Below, one piece after another: positions 9,975 through 19,838 of a stretch of 64,000 nt of DNA (position 1 is its first letter; every line of letters starts with the position of its first letter). Source of the DNA: an uncultured Gemmatimonadales bacterium (lineage in GTDB: Bacteria; Gemmatimonadota; Gemmatimonadetes; Gemmatimonadales; GWC2-71-9); NCBI GenBank assembly GCA_963730185.1, contig CAVSQW010000015.1, forward strand, positions 1-64,000. Reading direction: 5' to 3'. Made by a program: the position numbers and the translations under genes. A model generated the notes under the pieces. It searched no databases and had not been told where the DNA came from. It saw only the letters and a program-made list of their open reading frames with translations.

Positions 9975-12900
9975 ATGATGAGGCGTTCGGCAAGCGCGGG
10001 ATTCCTGCGGGCCGGCATCGTCACGGGGTTGCTCTTGTTCGGAGCCCAGGTGGCTTCGGCCCAGGACGCGACGATTTCCGGTAAGGTGACGGACGGTCAA
10101 GGGCGGCCGCTCGGTGGTGCCAGCGTGCTGGTTCAGGGCACCCCGATCGGGGCGGCCACGAACACCGATGGGAAGTACACCATCGTGGTATCTGGCGAGC
10201 GCGTGAAGGAGCAGCAGGTCACCCTGATCGCCCGGTACCTCGGCAAGGCGCCGATGACCAAGACGATCACCCTGAGCGCCGGCGCGCAGACGGTCGACTT
10301 CGAGCTCAAGGACGATCCCCTTCGGCTGGACGAGCTGGTGGTGACTGGGGTGTCGGAGGCGACGTCGACCAAGAAGCTGCCCTTTGCGGTGGGCAAGGTC
10401 TCGGCCGACCAGCTGCAGGAGACTCCGGGCGTGACCGCGCTGGGCGCGCTCGAGGGTAAGGTGGCCGGCGTCCGGCTGGTGGAGACCACCGGCGAGCCGG
10501 GCACGGCGCCCAAGATCAAGCTCCGGGGCGCGACCAGCATCTCGGGCAACCAGGATCCCCTCATCATCATCGACGGCACCATCACCCGGCTTACCCTCGC
10601 CGACATCGCCTCGGAGGACATCGAGCGGGTCGAGGTGATCAAGGGCGCCGCCGCCTCGTCGCTGTACGGATCTGACGCCGCCAACGGCGTGGTCCAGATC
10701 TTCACCAAGCGCGGCGCGAACCTCGCCGACGGCAAGCTCCTGGTCACCGCCCGGACCGAGGGTGGCGCCTCGTTCATGACCAAGCGGATCCCGAACTCCC
10801 AGGCCCACGCGTGGGAGATCGAGCCCGACCCCGACCACCCGGGCCAGATTCGGTTCAAGCGCACCGCCGGCGGGGCCCGGATCGGGGAGCCGGATGGGAT
10901 CGCGGACAACCCCTATCCGACCTACTACGATCACCAGGCCGAGGTCCTCAAGCCGGGCCTGTTCCTGACCAACTATGCCTCGGTGGGCCAGCGGAAGGGC
11001 AACACCAACTTCAACGCGTCGTTCGAGAATACCCACACCGAGGGCGTGATCTTCGGGATCAAGGGCTTCACCCGGCAGAACTTCCGGATCAACGTCGATC
11101 AGCAGCTCAGCCCGCGGGTCGATCTGTCGTTCAGCTCGTTCTACGGGCGGTCGAACAACAACGACGCCGATCAGGGGCCGGGCGCGCCGTTCTTCGCGAT
11201 CACCTTCGTGGAGCCGGACGTCGACCTCTTTGCCCGCTGCGCCTCGCTGCCCTGCTCGCCGCAGGATGGCAACCCGGACGGGAGCCCCTACCGGGCCTTC
11301 ATCCCGGACCGGATCTCCAACGCGGCCAACCCGCTCTACGCCCTCGCCAACACCGATCGGCAAAACGACCGGGCCCGCTTCACCGGCGCGGGCAAGGTCC
11401 GGTGGCGAATCCGGGACTGGCTGATCGCCGAAGCGAATTACAACTTCGACCAAGAGAAGAACGATTACAACCGGACCCAGCCCTACGGGTACCTGTCGGC
11501 CCTTGGCCAGCCGACCTCGGGCAACCTGGACCGGCAGTCCACGTCCGGGCGGACCTACAACACCGGAGCGACCCTGACGTCGATCCGGACCTTCGGTTCG
11601 ATCACCAACACGACGAAGGTGAGCTACATCTACGAAGATCAGACGGAGCAGTTCCTGCGAGCCCGGGCCGGCGCATTCGTAGTGGCTCGGGTGCCTGAGT
11701 TCACCTCGGTCGATCCGACCACGCTGACCAGCGACTCGCACGATTACTCGATCCGGAACCGGAACGCGTTCGCGGTCACGACCTTCGACATCAAGGATCG
11801 CTACATCCTGGACGGCCTGGTCCGCCGCGACCAGTCGTCGCTGTTCGGCCCCGACCAGCGGTCGTCGACCTACTACCGGCTCTCCGGCGCCTGGCGGGCC
11901 AACGAGGACCTCAAGATCCCGGGCGTCGACGAGCTCCGGTTCCGGGCCTCCTACGGCACGGCCGGTCTCCGTCCCGGGTTCAACTACCAGTACGAGACGC
12001 TGACGGTAGGCGGCGGGTCGTTCACCAAGGCGCAGTTAGGGAACCGGGACCTCCGCCCGGCCAAGTCGTCCGAGGTCGAGGTCGGCGCCAACCTGGAGAT
12101 GGGCGGCGGCAAGTTCACGCTGGAGTACACCTACTCCGAGAAGAACACCAAGGACCAGATCCAGCTGGTCGACCTGCCCTCGGTCGTTGGCTTCACTCAG
12201 CAGTGGCAGAACGTGGGCGCCTTGAGGTCGAAGACCCATGAGGTGGCGATCGGCCTCCAGCTGATCAACAATCGCGACATGGCGCTCCAGTTGAACCTGA
12301 CCGGCGACCGGAGCCGGCAGACGATCACCGACTATCCGCTGCCGCTCCGCCTCTACGGTGGTGGCTCGCAGGCGCCGGAGACCTTCCTGCTCAAGCAGGG
12401 TGTGTCGCTCGGCGTGATGTACGGGAACAAATCGGTCCGGTCGATCAGCCAGCTGTACGACGACCCGGCCAAGAAGGCCCAGTCGGGCGCCGGTCAGGCC
12501 TACGATCCGGCCAACTTCGTGGTGAACGAAGAGGGGTACGTGGTCCGCAAGGATCAGTGGCGGACGGTTGACGAGACGCCGATCAAGTACGTCGACGCGA
12601 CCGGGAGCGAGATCGTCAAGATCGGCGACGCCAATCCCGACTTCAACCTGAGCTTCAACCCGATCTTCAACTGGAAGCGGTTCGCCATCAACGGTCTGCT
12701 CGATTGGAGCCAGGGCGGCGACATCTATAACGGCACCCGCCAGTGGCCCTTCTTCGACAACCGCGACCGGATCTACGACCAGCGCGGCAAGCCGGACGCG
12801 GAGAAGAAGAATCAGAGCTACTACAACTTCTTCTACAACAGCTTGAACCCGATCGACTTCTTCGTGGAGTCCGGCACCTACGTGAAGATCAAGGAGCTGG

Positions 12901-13130
12901 CCGTTCACTACACCTTCGACCGGAACCAGCTGAGCAAGATCGGGCTCGGGAAGATCGAGAACGTCCGGATCGGCGTCATCGGCCGGAACCTGTTCACCTT
13001 CACGAACTACTCCGGGTACGACCCCGAAGTCGGCAGCCCGTTCGCGAACGATCCCTATCAGGTGCGGTTCGACTGGTTCACCTACCCGCACTTCCGGACG
13101 TTCACCGGTCTCGTCGAGATCGCGTTCTGA
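9975..13130 (+). CDS. SusC/RagA family TonB-dependent outer membrane transporter
   Basis: GAGGA RBS; LDELVVTG, PLIIIDG, IERVEVIKGAAASSLYGSDAANGVVQIFTKRG, NYSGYDPE; terminal Phe. Confidence 0.95.
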   Translation: MMRRSASAGFLRAGIVTGLLLFGAQVASAQDATISGKVTDGQGRPLGGASVLVQGTPIGAATNTDGKYTIVVSGERVKEQQVTLIARYLGKAPMTKTITLSAGAQTVDFELKDDPLRLDELVVTGVSEATSTKKLPFAVGKVSADQLQETPGVTALGALEGKVAGVRLVETTGEPGTAPKIKLRGATSISGNQDPLIIIDGTITRLTLADIASEDIERVEVIKGAAASSLYGSDAANGVVQIFTKRGANLADGKLLVTARTEGGASFMTKRIPNSQAHAWEIEPDPDHPGQIRFKRTAGGARIGEPDGIADNPYPTYYDHQAEVLKPGLFLTNYASVGQRKGNTNFNASFENTHTEGVIFGIKGFTRQNFRINVDQQLSPRVDLSFSSFYGRSNNNDADQGPGAPFFAITFVEPDVDLFARCASLPCSPQDGNPDGSPYRAFIPDRISNAANPLYALANTDRQNDRARFTGAGKVRWRIRDWLIAEANYNFDQEKNDYNRTQPYGYLSALGQPTSGNLDRQSTSGRTYNTGATLTSIRTFGSITNTTKVSYIYEDQTEQFLRARAGAFVVARVPEFTSVDPTTLTSDSHDYSIRNRNAFAVTTFDIKDRYILDGLVRRDQSSLFGPDQRSSTYYRLSGAWRANEDLKIPGVDELRFRASYGTAGLRPGFNYQYETLTVGGGSFTKAQLGNRDLRPAKSSEVEVGANLEMGGGKFTLEYTYSEKNTKDQIQLVDLPSVVGFTQQWQNVGALRSKTHEVAIGLQLINNRDMALQLNLTGDRSRQTITDYPLPLRLYGGGSQAPETFLLKQGVSLGVMYGNKSVRSISQLYDDPAKKAQSGAGQAYDPANFVVNEEGYVVRKDQWRTVDETPIKYVDATGSEIVKIGDANPDFNLSFNPIFNWKRFAINGLLDWSQGGDIYNGTRQWPFFDNRDRIYDQRGKPDAEKKNQSYYNFFYNSLNPIDFFVESGTYVKIKELAVHYTFDRNQLSKIGLGKIENVRIGVIGRNLFTFTNYSGYDPEVGSPFANDPYQVRFDWFTYPHFRTFTGLVEIAF

Positions 13131-13161
13131 TCTCGCGCCCAACTAGAGTGAGGAATTCGAC

Positions 13162-14904
13162 ATGAGGATGACACGCATCACTCGCTGGGCCGCCGTGGTC
13201 GGACTGGTGGCGACGTTCGGGTGCAAGAGCCTCGACGTCCAAAACCCGAACGCCCCGGACGCGGCCCGAGCCTTCTCGGACCCCGCCGCCGTGGCGGGGC
13301 TGATCACCGGTGGCTTCAAGAACTGGTTCAACACCCATGAGGAGTACAACAGCGCTCTGGTGCTCGACGCCATGGCCGACAGCTATACCGCCTCGTGGAA
13401 CAACTTCAACCTCCGGTACTACTCGTCCTACGGGGTGGAATGTCCGGAGCGCTGCGGCTGGGACAACGCCCCGACCTCGGCTCTCCGATTCCAAGTCGAG
13501 TACTACTGGTACGGCTATTACGGGGTTCTCTCGAACGCCAACGACGTGCTGACCGCCATCCGCAAGAACGGGGTGGTGATCAGCGACCAGCCCACGACGG
13601 ACCGGACCGAAGCGGCCGCCGTGCTCCTCCAGGCGATGGTGTTCGCCCAGATCGCGCTCAACTACGATCAGGGCTTCATCGTGACCGAGGAGACCGACCT
13701 CAGCACGCCGGAAAAGGTGCAGCAGCTCGAGTTCAAGCCGCGGGACGAGCTGCGCGACGCGGCGATGGCCAAGTTCGACGAAGCCATCGGCCTGCTCCAG
13801 GGGCAGAGCTTCACCACGCCCACCGCCTGGTTCGGCATCATCGGGGCGCAGTCCTATTCCAGTGAGCAGCTCGTCCGGGTGGCGCGGACCATGCAAGCCG
13901 AGCTCTTGGCCTACTACCCGCGCACGTCGGCGGAGAACGGCCAGGTCAACTGGAGCCAGGTCGCCACCTATGCGTCGCAAGGCATTTCCACCGGCGCGCC
14001 GTTCGACTTCGGCTACTACCAGGACGACCCGTCGTCGCCGTCGCAGCAGTTTTGGTCGGGCGTGAAGAGCTGGGGCAACGACATCACCACCATGCGCCTC
14101 GACACCCGGGTGGCGCACTTGATCACCGGGGAGTGCAAGGACCTCGCGAAGACGGTCTGCCCGCCGGCCGATCGGGTGCAGGCCGATCCGTGGCCCGACC
14201 CGGATGGCAATCCCCAGCCGCTCGCCGAGGACGCCCGGGTCGGTGACGGCACCTGGGGCGCCACCGACGACTTCCTCGGCGTGGGCACCCTCCAGGAGGG
14301 CGCCGGTTCGGGCACCGACTTCGCCTTCGCGTCGGGAAACATCTTCCGACCGGCAAGAGGTCAGTTCCACCAGAGCAACCTCGGCCACATCCGGTACAAC
14401 TACCTGGCGTATCCGGGGTACGGGCGGCCGGAGTTCGACGGCACCGGGTTCGTCCCGACCTATTCGGCCACGATGAACGACCTGCTCTGGGCCGAAGGGC
14501 TCATCCGGGGTGGCGGCGACCTCCAGACCGCGGCGCAGCTGATCAACAAGACTCGCGTGGGTCGCGGCAACCTCGATCCGGTCTCCGCGGCCGACGGGAC
14601 GGCCGGCCTGCTCACCGCGTTGCAGTACGAGCAGGACATCGAGCTCGCCGGGATCTCCGCCGCGCCGTTCTACAACCGGCGGCGGATCGACGGCCTCTGG
14701 CCGATGACGCCTCGACAGATGCCCGTTCCCGCCAAGGAGCTGCAGATTCTGCAGCGCGAGCTCTATACCTTCGGCGGCCCGGACAACCCCGACGCCGCGC
14801 CGGGCGTCGACGGATCGAACGCTCAAGTCAGGAACGTTCGCCAGATCTTCGATGACATGATGGCCTACTCGAAATTGCAGGCCAAGCGGAATCGGCGAAA
14901 CTGA
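13162..14904 (+). CDS. SusD/RagB-like lipoprotein
   Basis: Directly follows susC; lipobox TFGC then LDVQNPNAPD; C-terminal INKTRV...LQYEQDIEL...PVPAKEL. Confidence 0.85.
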   Translation: MRMTRITRWAAVVGLVATFGCKSLDVQNPNAPDAARAFSDPAAVAGLITGGFKNWFNTHEEYNSALVLDAMADSYTASWNNFNLRYYSSYGVECPERCGWDNAPTSALRFQVEYYWYGYYGVLSNANDVLTAIRKNGVVISDQPTTDRTEAAAVLLQAMVFAQIALNYDQGFIVTEETDLSTPEKVQQLEFKPRDELRDAAMAKFDEAIGLLQGQSFTTPTAWFGIIGAQSYSSEQLVRVARTMQAELLAYYPRTSAENGQVNWSQVATYASQGISTGAPFDFGYYQDDPSSPSQQFWSGVKSWGNDITTMRLDTRVAHLITGECKDLAKTVCPPADRVQADPWPDPDGNPQPLAEDARVGDGTWGATDDFLGVGTLQEGAGSGTDFAFASGNIFRPARGQFHQSNLGHIRYNYLAYPGYGRPEFDGTGFVPTYSATMNDLLWAEGLIRGGGDLQTAAQLINKTRVGRGNLDPVSAADGTAGLLTALQYEQDIELAGISAAPFYNRRRIDGLWPMTPRQMPVPAKELQILQRELYTFGGPDNPDAAPGVDGSNAQVRNVRQIFDDMMAYSKLQAKRNRRN

Positions 14905-14924
14905 TCCGCTGGCTTCGAGGGTGA

Positions 14925-14958
14925 CAAGCGGGGTCGGACGACAGTCCGGCCCCGCTTG
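14925..14958 (+). terminator. GC-rich hairpin after susD
   Basis: CAAGCGGGGTCGGAC-GACA-GTCCGGCCCCGCTTG, 15-bp stem with one G-U pair; weak U tail. Confidence 0.6.
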
Positions 14959-15054
14959 GCCGTTCGTCCCGGCACCTCGCTCGGTGGGGTTCCCCCCGGT
15001 CCTCCTTGGCGTCACCTTTGACGCGCTCGCCATCGAATCCCTGAAACGAGATCT

Positions 15055-16905
15055 ATGACCAAGCCCAGCGTGGGGGAGGCTCGGGAGGGCTGGGGCGGCC
15101 CGGCGGGGGTGCTCCGAACGGCCGCGGGCTTCGGGCTGGTTGCCGGGTTGCTCGAGGTGGCTGTCCAGCTGATCCGCCGCTTCGGGATGGGCCGCCTCTC
15201 GCTTTTCGGGCCCGATCTCGTGTGGATGGCCCCGCTGGCGGATCTCGCGGTGTTCGTCGTCGTGGGCGCCGTCTACGTCCTCCTGATGGCCCTTCTGCGT
15301 CCTCTCCGGCGCCCGCCGGTCGTGGTCGGCACGTTCGCGGCCCTTGCGGCCGGGGCCGTGGTCGCCAACGTCGAGGGGCTCCACTGGGCGGCCGTCGTCC
15401 TTCTGTCGGCCGGGATCGGCGCCGTGGTCGGTCGGTCGCGGGCGGGCCGGGTGTTGCCGGGCGCCCGGCTGTTGTTGGCCCCGGCCGGCATCGTCCTGAT
15501 ACTCGGGATCGCGGTCCGTTACTCGGGCGAGCTGCTGGAGCGTCAGGCCGAGTCTCGCCTCGGTTCCGCGGACGCCGGGCGGCCGAACGTCCTGCTGCTC
15601 GTGCTGGATACGGTCCGGGCCTGGAACCTCGGCCTCTACGGCTACGGACGCGCCACGACGCCGCTCCTCGACCGCCGGTTCGCGGACGCCTCGGTCTTCG
15701 AGCGGGCGATAGCCACCTCGCCGTGGACCCTTCCGTCGCACGCCAGCATGTTCACCGGCCACCTCCCCACCACGGTCTCCGCCAATTGGGAGTCGGCGCT
15801 GGACGCCGCCGCGCCCACCCTGGCCGAGGTGCTGGCCAAGGCCGGATACGTCGCGGGCGGCTTTGTCGGGAACTTCCGCTACACGGGCCGGTCCACCGGC
15901 TTGGCCCGCGGTTTCACGCACTACGAGGACTATCCCATCAGCTGGGACGAAGCGCTCCGGATGACGGCGATCGCCCGCCGGTTCCTGCGGCTGCCCAGCC
16001 TCGAGGAGTGGCTGGGTGAGAACCGGATCCTTCAGGCCCGGCCCGCGGCGGACGTCAACCGCCGGTTCCTGGGCTGGCTCGACGGCGTGAAGGGACGGCC
16101 GTTCTTCGGGTTCTTGAACTACGTCGACGCCCACTCGCCCTACCTGCCCCCGGCGCCGTACGACCTCATGTGGAGCCGGCCGGGCGCCGACCCCAAGCAG
16201 CGCGCCGAGCGGTACGAGGCCATCATCCAGCGGACGTTCGGCTCCGGTCCGATGCCCCCTGAGCTCCTGACCGAGTACCTGGACGGGTACGACGGGGCGA
16301 TCCGGTACCTCGACACCCAGATCGACTCCCTGTTCCGGGCGCTCGACGCCCGCGGCCTGCTGGCGAACACGGTGGTGGTGCTGGTGGGCGACCACGGCGA
16401 GCACTTCGGCGAGCACGGCCTGATTCAACACGGGAACAGTCTCTACCTGCCCTTGCTGCACGTCCCGTTCGTGGTCTGGTGGCCGGGGCACGTGCCCGCG
16501 CGGCGGGTCGGAACGCCGGTCTCGCTCCGGGACGTGGGTGCGACGATCCTCGATCTGGCCGGCGTGCCCAACCCGGGGCTCCAGGGCCATTCTCTCGCGA
16601 CGCTCTGGCAGGCCGACTCGGCCGGTGGGCCGCTCGACGCGCTGGCCTCGGCGGTGGACTGGCGGGACGACCTCTCGCGGTTTCCGCCGTCCCCACTTCT
16701 CGCCGGGTCGCTCCGGTCGGTGCTGGTCGACAGCCTGCACTACATCCGCCGGGCCGACGGGACCGAGGAGCTCTACGACTTGAACCGGGACTTTCTGGAG
16801 AGCCGGAACTTGGCGGGCTACCCGCCGCTGGTCTCGATCATGGCGGGGATCCGGGCTCGTCTCGATTCGATCTTCCAGGGCGACGCGGGGCCGCTGCCCC
16901 AATAG
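15055..16905 (+). CDS. Membrane-anchored sulfatase-like/alkaline phosphatase superfamily protein
   Basis: N-terminal TM helices; PNVLLLVLDTVRA, SPWTLPSHASMFTG, DAHSPY, GDHGEHFGEHG. Confidence 0.9.
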   Translation: MTKPSVGEAREGWGGPAGVLRTAAGFGLVAGLLEVAVQLIRRFGMGRLSLFGPDLVWMAPLADLAVFVVVGAVYVLLMALLRPLRRPPVVVGTFAALAAGAVVANVEGLHWAAVVLLSAGIGAVVGRSRAGRVLPGARLLLAPAGIVLILGIAVRYSGELLERQAESRLGSADAGRPNVLLLVLDTVRAWNLGLYGYGRATTPLLDRRFADASVFERAIATSPWTLPSHASMFTGHLPTTVSANWESALDAAAPTLAEVLAKAGYVAGGFVGNFRYTGRSTGLARGFTHYEDYPISWDEALRMTAIARRFLRLPSLEEWLGENRILQARPAADVNRRFLGWLDGVKGRPFFGFLNYVDAHSPYLPPAPYDLMWSRPGADPKQRAERYEAIIQRTFGSGPMPPELLTEYLDGYDGAIRYLDTQIDSLFRALDARGLLANTVVVLVGDHGEHFGEHGLIQHGNSLYLPLLHVPFVVWWPGHVPARRVGTPVSLRDVGATILDLAGVPNPGLQGHSLATLWQADSAGGPLDALASAVDWRDDLSRFPPSPLLAGSLRSVLVDSLHYIRRADGTEELYDLNRDFLESRNLAGYPPLVSIMAGIRARLDSIFQGDAGPLPQ

Positions 16906-16912
16906 CCCCGGG

Positions 16913-18058
16913 TCAGCCGCGCGCGCGCCGGCGCCCGCCCCGTGTCCGGCCGGTCGGCTGGCTGGGAGCGGCGCCCGGTGCCGCCGGCGCTGGCAGGTGC
17001 CCGAACAGGTCGGCCCGCACGTCCGGGTTCCGGAGCTTCCACATCACCCCGTCGGTGAAGAAGTGGTGGATGTTGAGGAAGGTCATCACCATCATCCCCG
17101 CGTAGACGCCCGGCTGCTCCCCCAGCGTCTTGGCCACGATGTCCATCGCCGTGCCGGGCAGGAGCTCCGACCAGAGCACCGAGGCGAGAATGATCAGGGC
17201 CGCGTAGATCGCCATGTGGGTGAAGAAGCGGCCAATCCGGCCCTGGCTCGTGCGATTGGTCCGGTTCATCTCCACCCGGAGCGGGAAGACCAGGTACTGG
17301 AGCGCGTGCGCGTTCTGGACCCAGAAGAGCGCCTTGATGTCGCGCCCCAGCACGAGGTACCAGACGAACACCGCGCCCCAAGCGACGACGGCCGCGGCGG
17401 GAGGCGCCTGGCCGGTGCGGATCCGGTAAAGGAAGAATCCGACCGCCCCGGCGGCGAGGGGAATCGCCATCGCGAAGGTCACCGCGCGGTAGACGTCGGT
17501 GAGCTGGCCGTTGGTGTAGAACCAGTGGATGAACCAGGTCACTTGCCAGAGGGTGAGCAGCCGGAGCCCGTCCCGGATCAGGAACCGTTCCAGGTTCGAG
17601 AGCGGCTTCCCGGCAAGCCAGGTGTGGGTGGCCACCATTCCCCAGGCCTGACCGGTGTAGTGCCAGGCGAGGTAGCATCCCTGCGCGGTCAAGATGTACG
17701 TCACCCATCGATCGGTCACCGGGCTCCGCCACACGGCAAAGACGATGTACCCGATCAGGAGCAGGGGGACGTAGATCGCGGCCCATCGGTGGCGCGCGAT
17801 CATCTCCCGGCTTCGGTACACCATCCGGTACGATGCCATGAAATGGGGGAGGTTCAGGAAGATCCCCACCCAGGCCTGCACCCCGACGCTCAGGATGACG
17901 AGATCGGACCGCCCGCTCAGGAGCAGTGGGACGAAGACGACAATCGAGAGGCCGCCGGCGCAGAGCAGGTCGATGGCCGGCGAGATGATGGCGCGGCGGG
18001 GAGCGGTATGGTCGAGCTCTGAGCTGGGCTGCCCCGGCGCGCGAATGGCCGTGGTCAT
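16913..18058 (-). CDS. Hypothetical polytopic membrane protein with His motifs
   Basis: Many TM segments; NLPHFMAS, WHYTGQ, HALQY, IHHFFTDGVMWKLR. Confidence 0.8.
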   Translation of the reverse strand: MTTAIRAPGQPSSELDHTAPRRAIISPAIDLLCAGGLSIVVFVPLLLSGRSDLVILSVGVQAWVGIFLNLPHFMASYRMVYRSREMIARHRWAAIYVPLLLIGYIVFAVWRSPVTDRWVTYILTAQGCYLAWHYTGQAWGMVATHTWLAGKPLSNLERFLIRDGLRLLTLWQVTWFIHWFYTNGQLTDVYRAVTFAMAIPLAAGAVGFFLYRIRTGQAPPAAAVVAWGAVFVWYLVLGRDIKALFWVQNAHALQYLVFPLRVEMNRTNRTSQGRIGRFFTHMAIYAALIILASVLWSELLPGTAMDIVAKTLGEQPGVYAGMMVMTFLNIHHFFTDGVMWKLRNPDVRADLFGHLPAPAAPGAAPSQPTGRTRGGRRRARG

Positions 18059-18065
18059 GGCGGAA

Positions 18066-18270
18066 GATAGTGAATTGGGAGTGGGGAGTAGGGGCTAGGG
18101 AGGGAGTAGGCACTTGGCACTAGGGGGACGGCCAACGCGTCGGGGGCTCGGCGCTCACCACTGCTCACGACTCACCACTACTCCCGCCCGACTCACAACT
18201 CACGACTCACTCCCTATTCCCCACTCCCGACTCACCAGTCCCTACGATATTCCCCACTCCCGACTCACTG
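18066..18270. repeat. G-rich arm / core / C-rich arm low-complexity element
   Basis: AGTGAATTGGGAGTGGGGAGTAGG is roughly complementary to two copies of TATTCCCCACTCCCGACTCAC; GACTCAC-type heptamers. Confidence 0.7.
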
Positions 18271-18666
18271 GTCCCTACCAACGTCCGTTCGGCCTCCGCG
18301 ATCCATTCCACCCACTCATCGGGCGCCGGGGTCGCCAGGAGGGCGGCTTCCCGGGCCAGGTCGATGGCGCGGCGGGCCAGGTGGTCGGCGGCGGACCGGT
18401 CGCCGGCGGCGCGCTCGATCGCGCTTCGGAGGGCCACCGTCTGGGCGTAGCTGTAGAGGCGGTTGGGGTCGCCGAGGAGCCGGGCGACGCTGGGCGGGTC
18501 GAGCTTCAGCACCAACTCGCCCAGGGAGACCGAGGATCTGGGCCTCCGCGTCCTTCAGGTACTGGCGGGCCAGATCCAGCGACAGGGTCGGATCCCGCCG
18601 GAGCAGCCGGGCGATCAGCACCGACAGCTGGGAGATCCACCGGAGGACGATGTCGCGCTGGAGCAA
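18207..18666 (-). CDS. Hypothetical helical protein, apparent frameshift near 18530
   Basis: ORFs 18316..18666 and 18207..18515 join (AQILG/SLGELVLKLD) by removing one base. Confidence 0.6.
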
Positions 18667-18701
18667 AGGAGCCGGGCCTGGAGACGGGCCCGAATAATGG
18701 C

Positions 18702-19166
18702 TCAGCCCATCACGCCGGGAAACCGGGTCGGGTCGATCCCGGCGCCCGGAAAGATCGCCTCCAGGTCGCGAGCCCCGAGATGGCGGCTCAGGATCTCACC
18801 GAAGAGGTGCCGGAAATCGGTCGTGACGGCCAGGTCCCGGCCCTGTTAGAGGCCGCCACCGTCGAGGCCGGGCCACCGGCCCGCCACCCGCCCGCCTTTC
18901 ACGCCGCCGCCGAGCACCAGCATCGCCGTGCCGTGACCGTGGTCGGTGCCGCCGGTGCCGTTCTCCCGCCACCGTCCGGCCGAACTCCGACACGGTGAGG
19001 ACCACCACATCGCGCATCCGTTCCCCGAGGTCGGTCGAGAACGCGGCCAAGCCCTGGCCAAGCTCCCGGAGCCGGGCCGAGAGCTGGCCCGTCTCGGCGC
19101 CCTGGTTGACGTGAGTGTCCCATCCGCTCATGTCGGCAAAGGCGAGCTCCAGCCCGAGGTCGGACC
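18702..19166 (-). pseudogene. DUF1501 family C-terminal remnant
   Basis: GWDTHVNQG, SEFGRTV, NGTGGTDHGHG, GRDLAVTTDFR; frameshift near 18968, in-frame TAA at 18846-18848, N-terminal part missing. Confidence 0.8.
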
Positions 19167-19167
19167 T

Positions 19168-19215
19168 GCTTCGCTATACAAAGTACTTGACGCCATGGCT
19201 CCCCGGCGCTAGACT
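19168..19215 (+). promoter_or_regulatory. Sigma70-type promoter with adjacent operator-like site
   Basis: TTGACG (19187-92), 17 nt, TAGACT (19210-15), 5 nt before ATG; GCTTCG-N5-CAAAGT at 19168-84. Confidence 0.7.
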
Positions 19216-19220
19216 GTGGC

Positions 19221-19838
19221 ATGCCCAAGGCCTTTCGTCGAGTCGTCTCGGGGGCACCGGATCCGGTGCCGCTGCACGACCGTGCCGTCCGGGACCTCTC
19301 GTTCATCCGGGAGACGATGGAGCGGGCGGGGCGGGTGACGTCGGTGCCGGGATGGGGCGGGATGGCGATGGGCGTGGTGGCGGTGGTCGCGGCCTGGTTG
19401 GCCTCGCGCCGGGCGACGCCGGCGGAGTGGCTGGCGGTCTGGCTGGCGGCGGCGATGATCGCGATGGGCATCGGAGGCCTGACCATGGCCCGGAAGGCCG
19501 ACGCGACCGGCGCGGCGCTCTGGAGCCGGGCCGGGAAGCTCTTCGCCGGCGCGTTTGCGCCGCCGATCCTGGCAGGCGCGGTGCTGACGGCGGTGTTCTA
19601 TCGCGAGGGGCTGACCCGGCTCCTGCCCGGGGTCTGGCTCCTCCTCTATGGCACCGGCGTCACCACGGCGGGGGCCTTTTCGATCCGAGCCGTGCCGGTG
19701 ATGGGCGTTTGCTTCATGATTCTGGGCGGCGCCGCCTTTCTGGCCCCGGCCGGCTGGGGCGACCTGATGATGGCGCTGGGATTCGGCGGGCTCCAGATCG
19801 GCTTCGGACTTCTGATCGCGAGGAAACACGGTGGCTAA
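19221..19838 (+). CDS. Hypothetical membrane protein
   Basis: AVRDLSFIRETMERA followed by about 6 TM helices; overlaps the HTH gene. Confidence 0.85.
   Translation: MPKAFRRVVSGAPDPVPLHDRAVRDLSFIRETMERAGRVTSVPGWGGMAMGVVAVVAAWLASRRATPAEWLAVWLAAAMIAMGIGGLTMARKADATGAALWSRAGKLFAGAFAPPILAGAVLTAVFYREGLTRLLPGVWLLLYGTGVTTAGAFSIRAVPVMGVCFMILGGAAFLAPAGWGDLMMALGFGGLQIGFGLLIARKHGG

Noticed and set aside
13102..16902. 1266-aa minus-strand ORF and similar long antisense or off-frame ORFs
   Set aside because: Shadow ORFs of GC-rich genes, with no family motifs and overlapping well-supported CDSs
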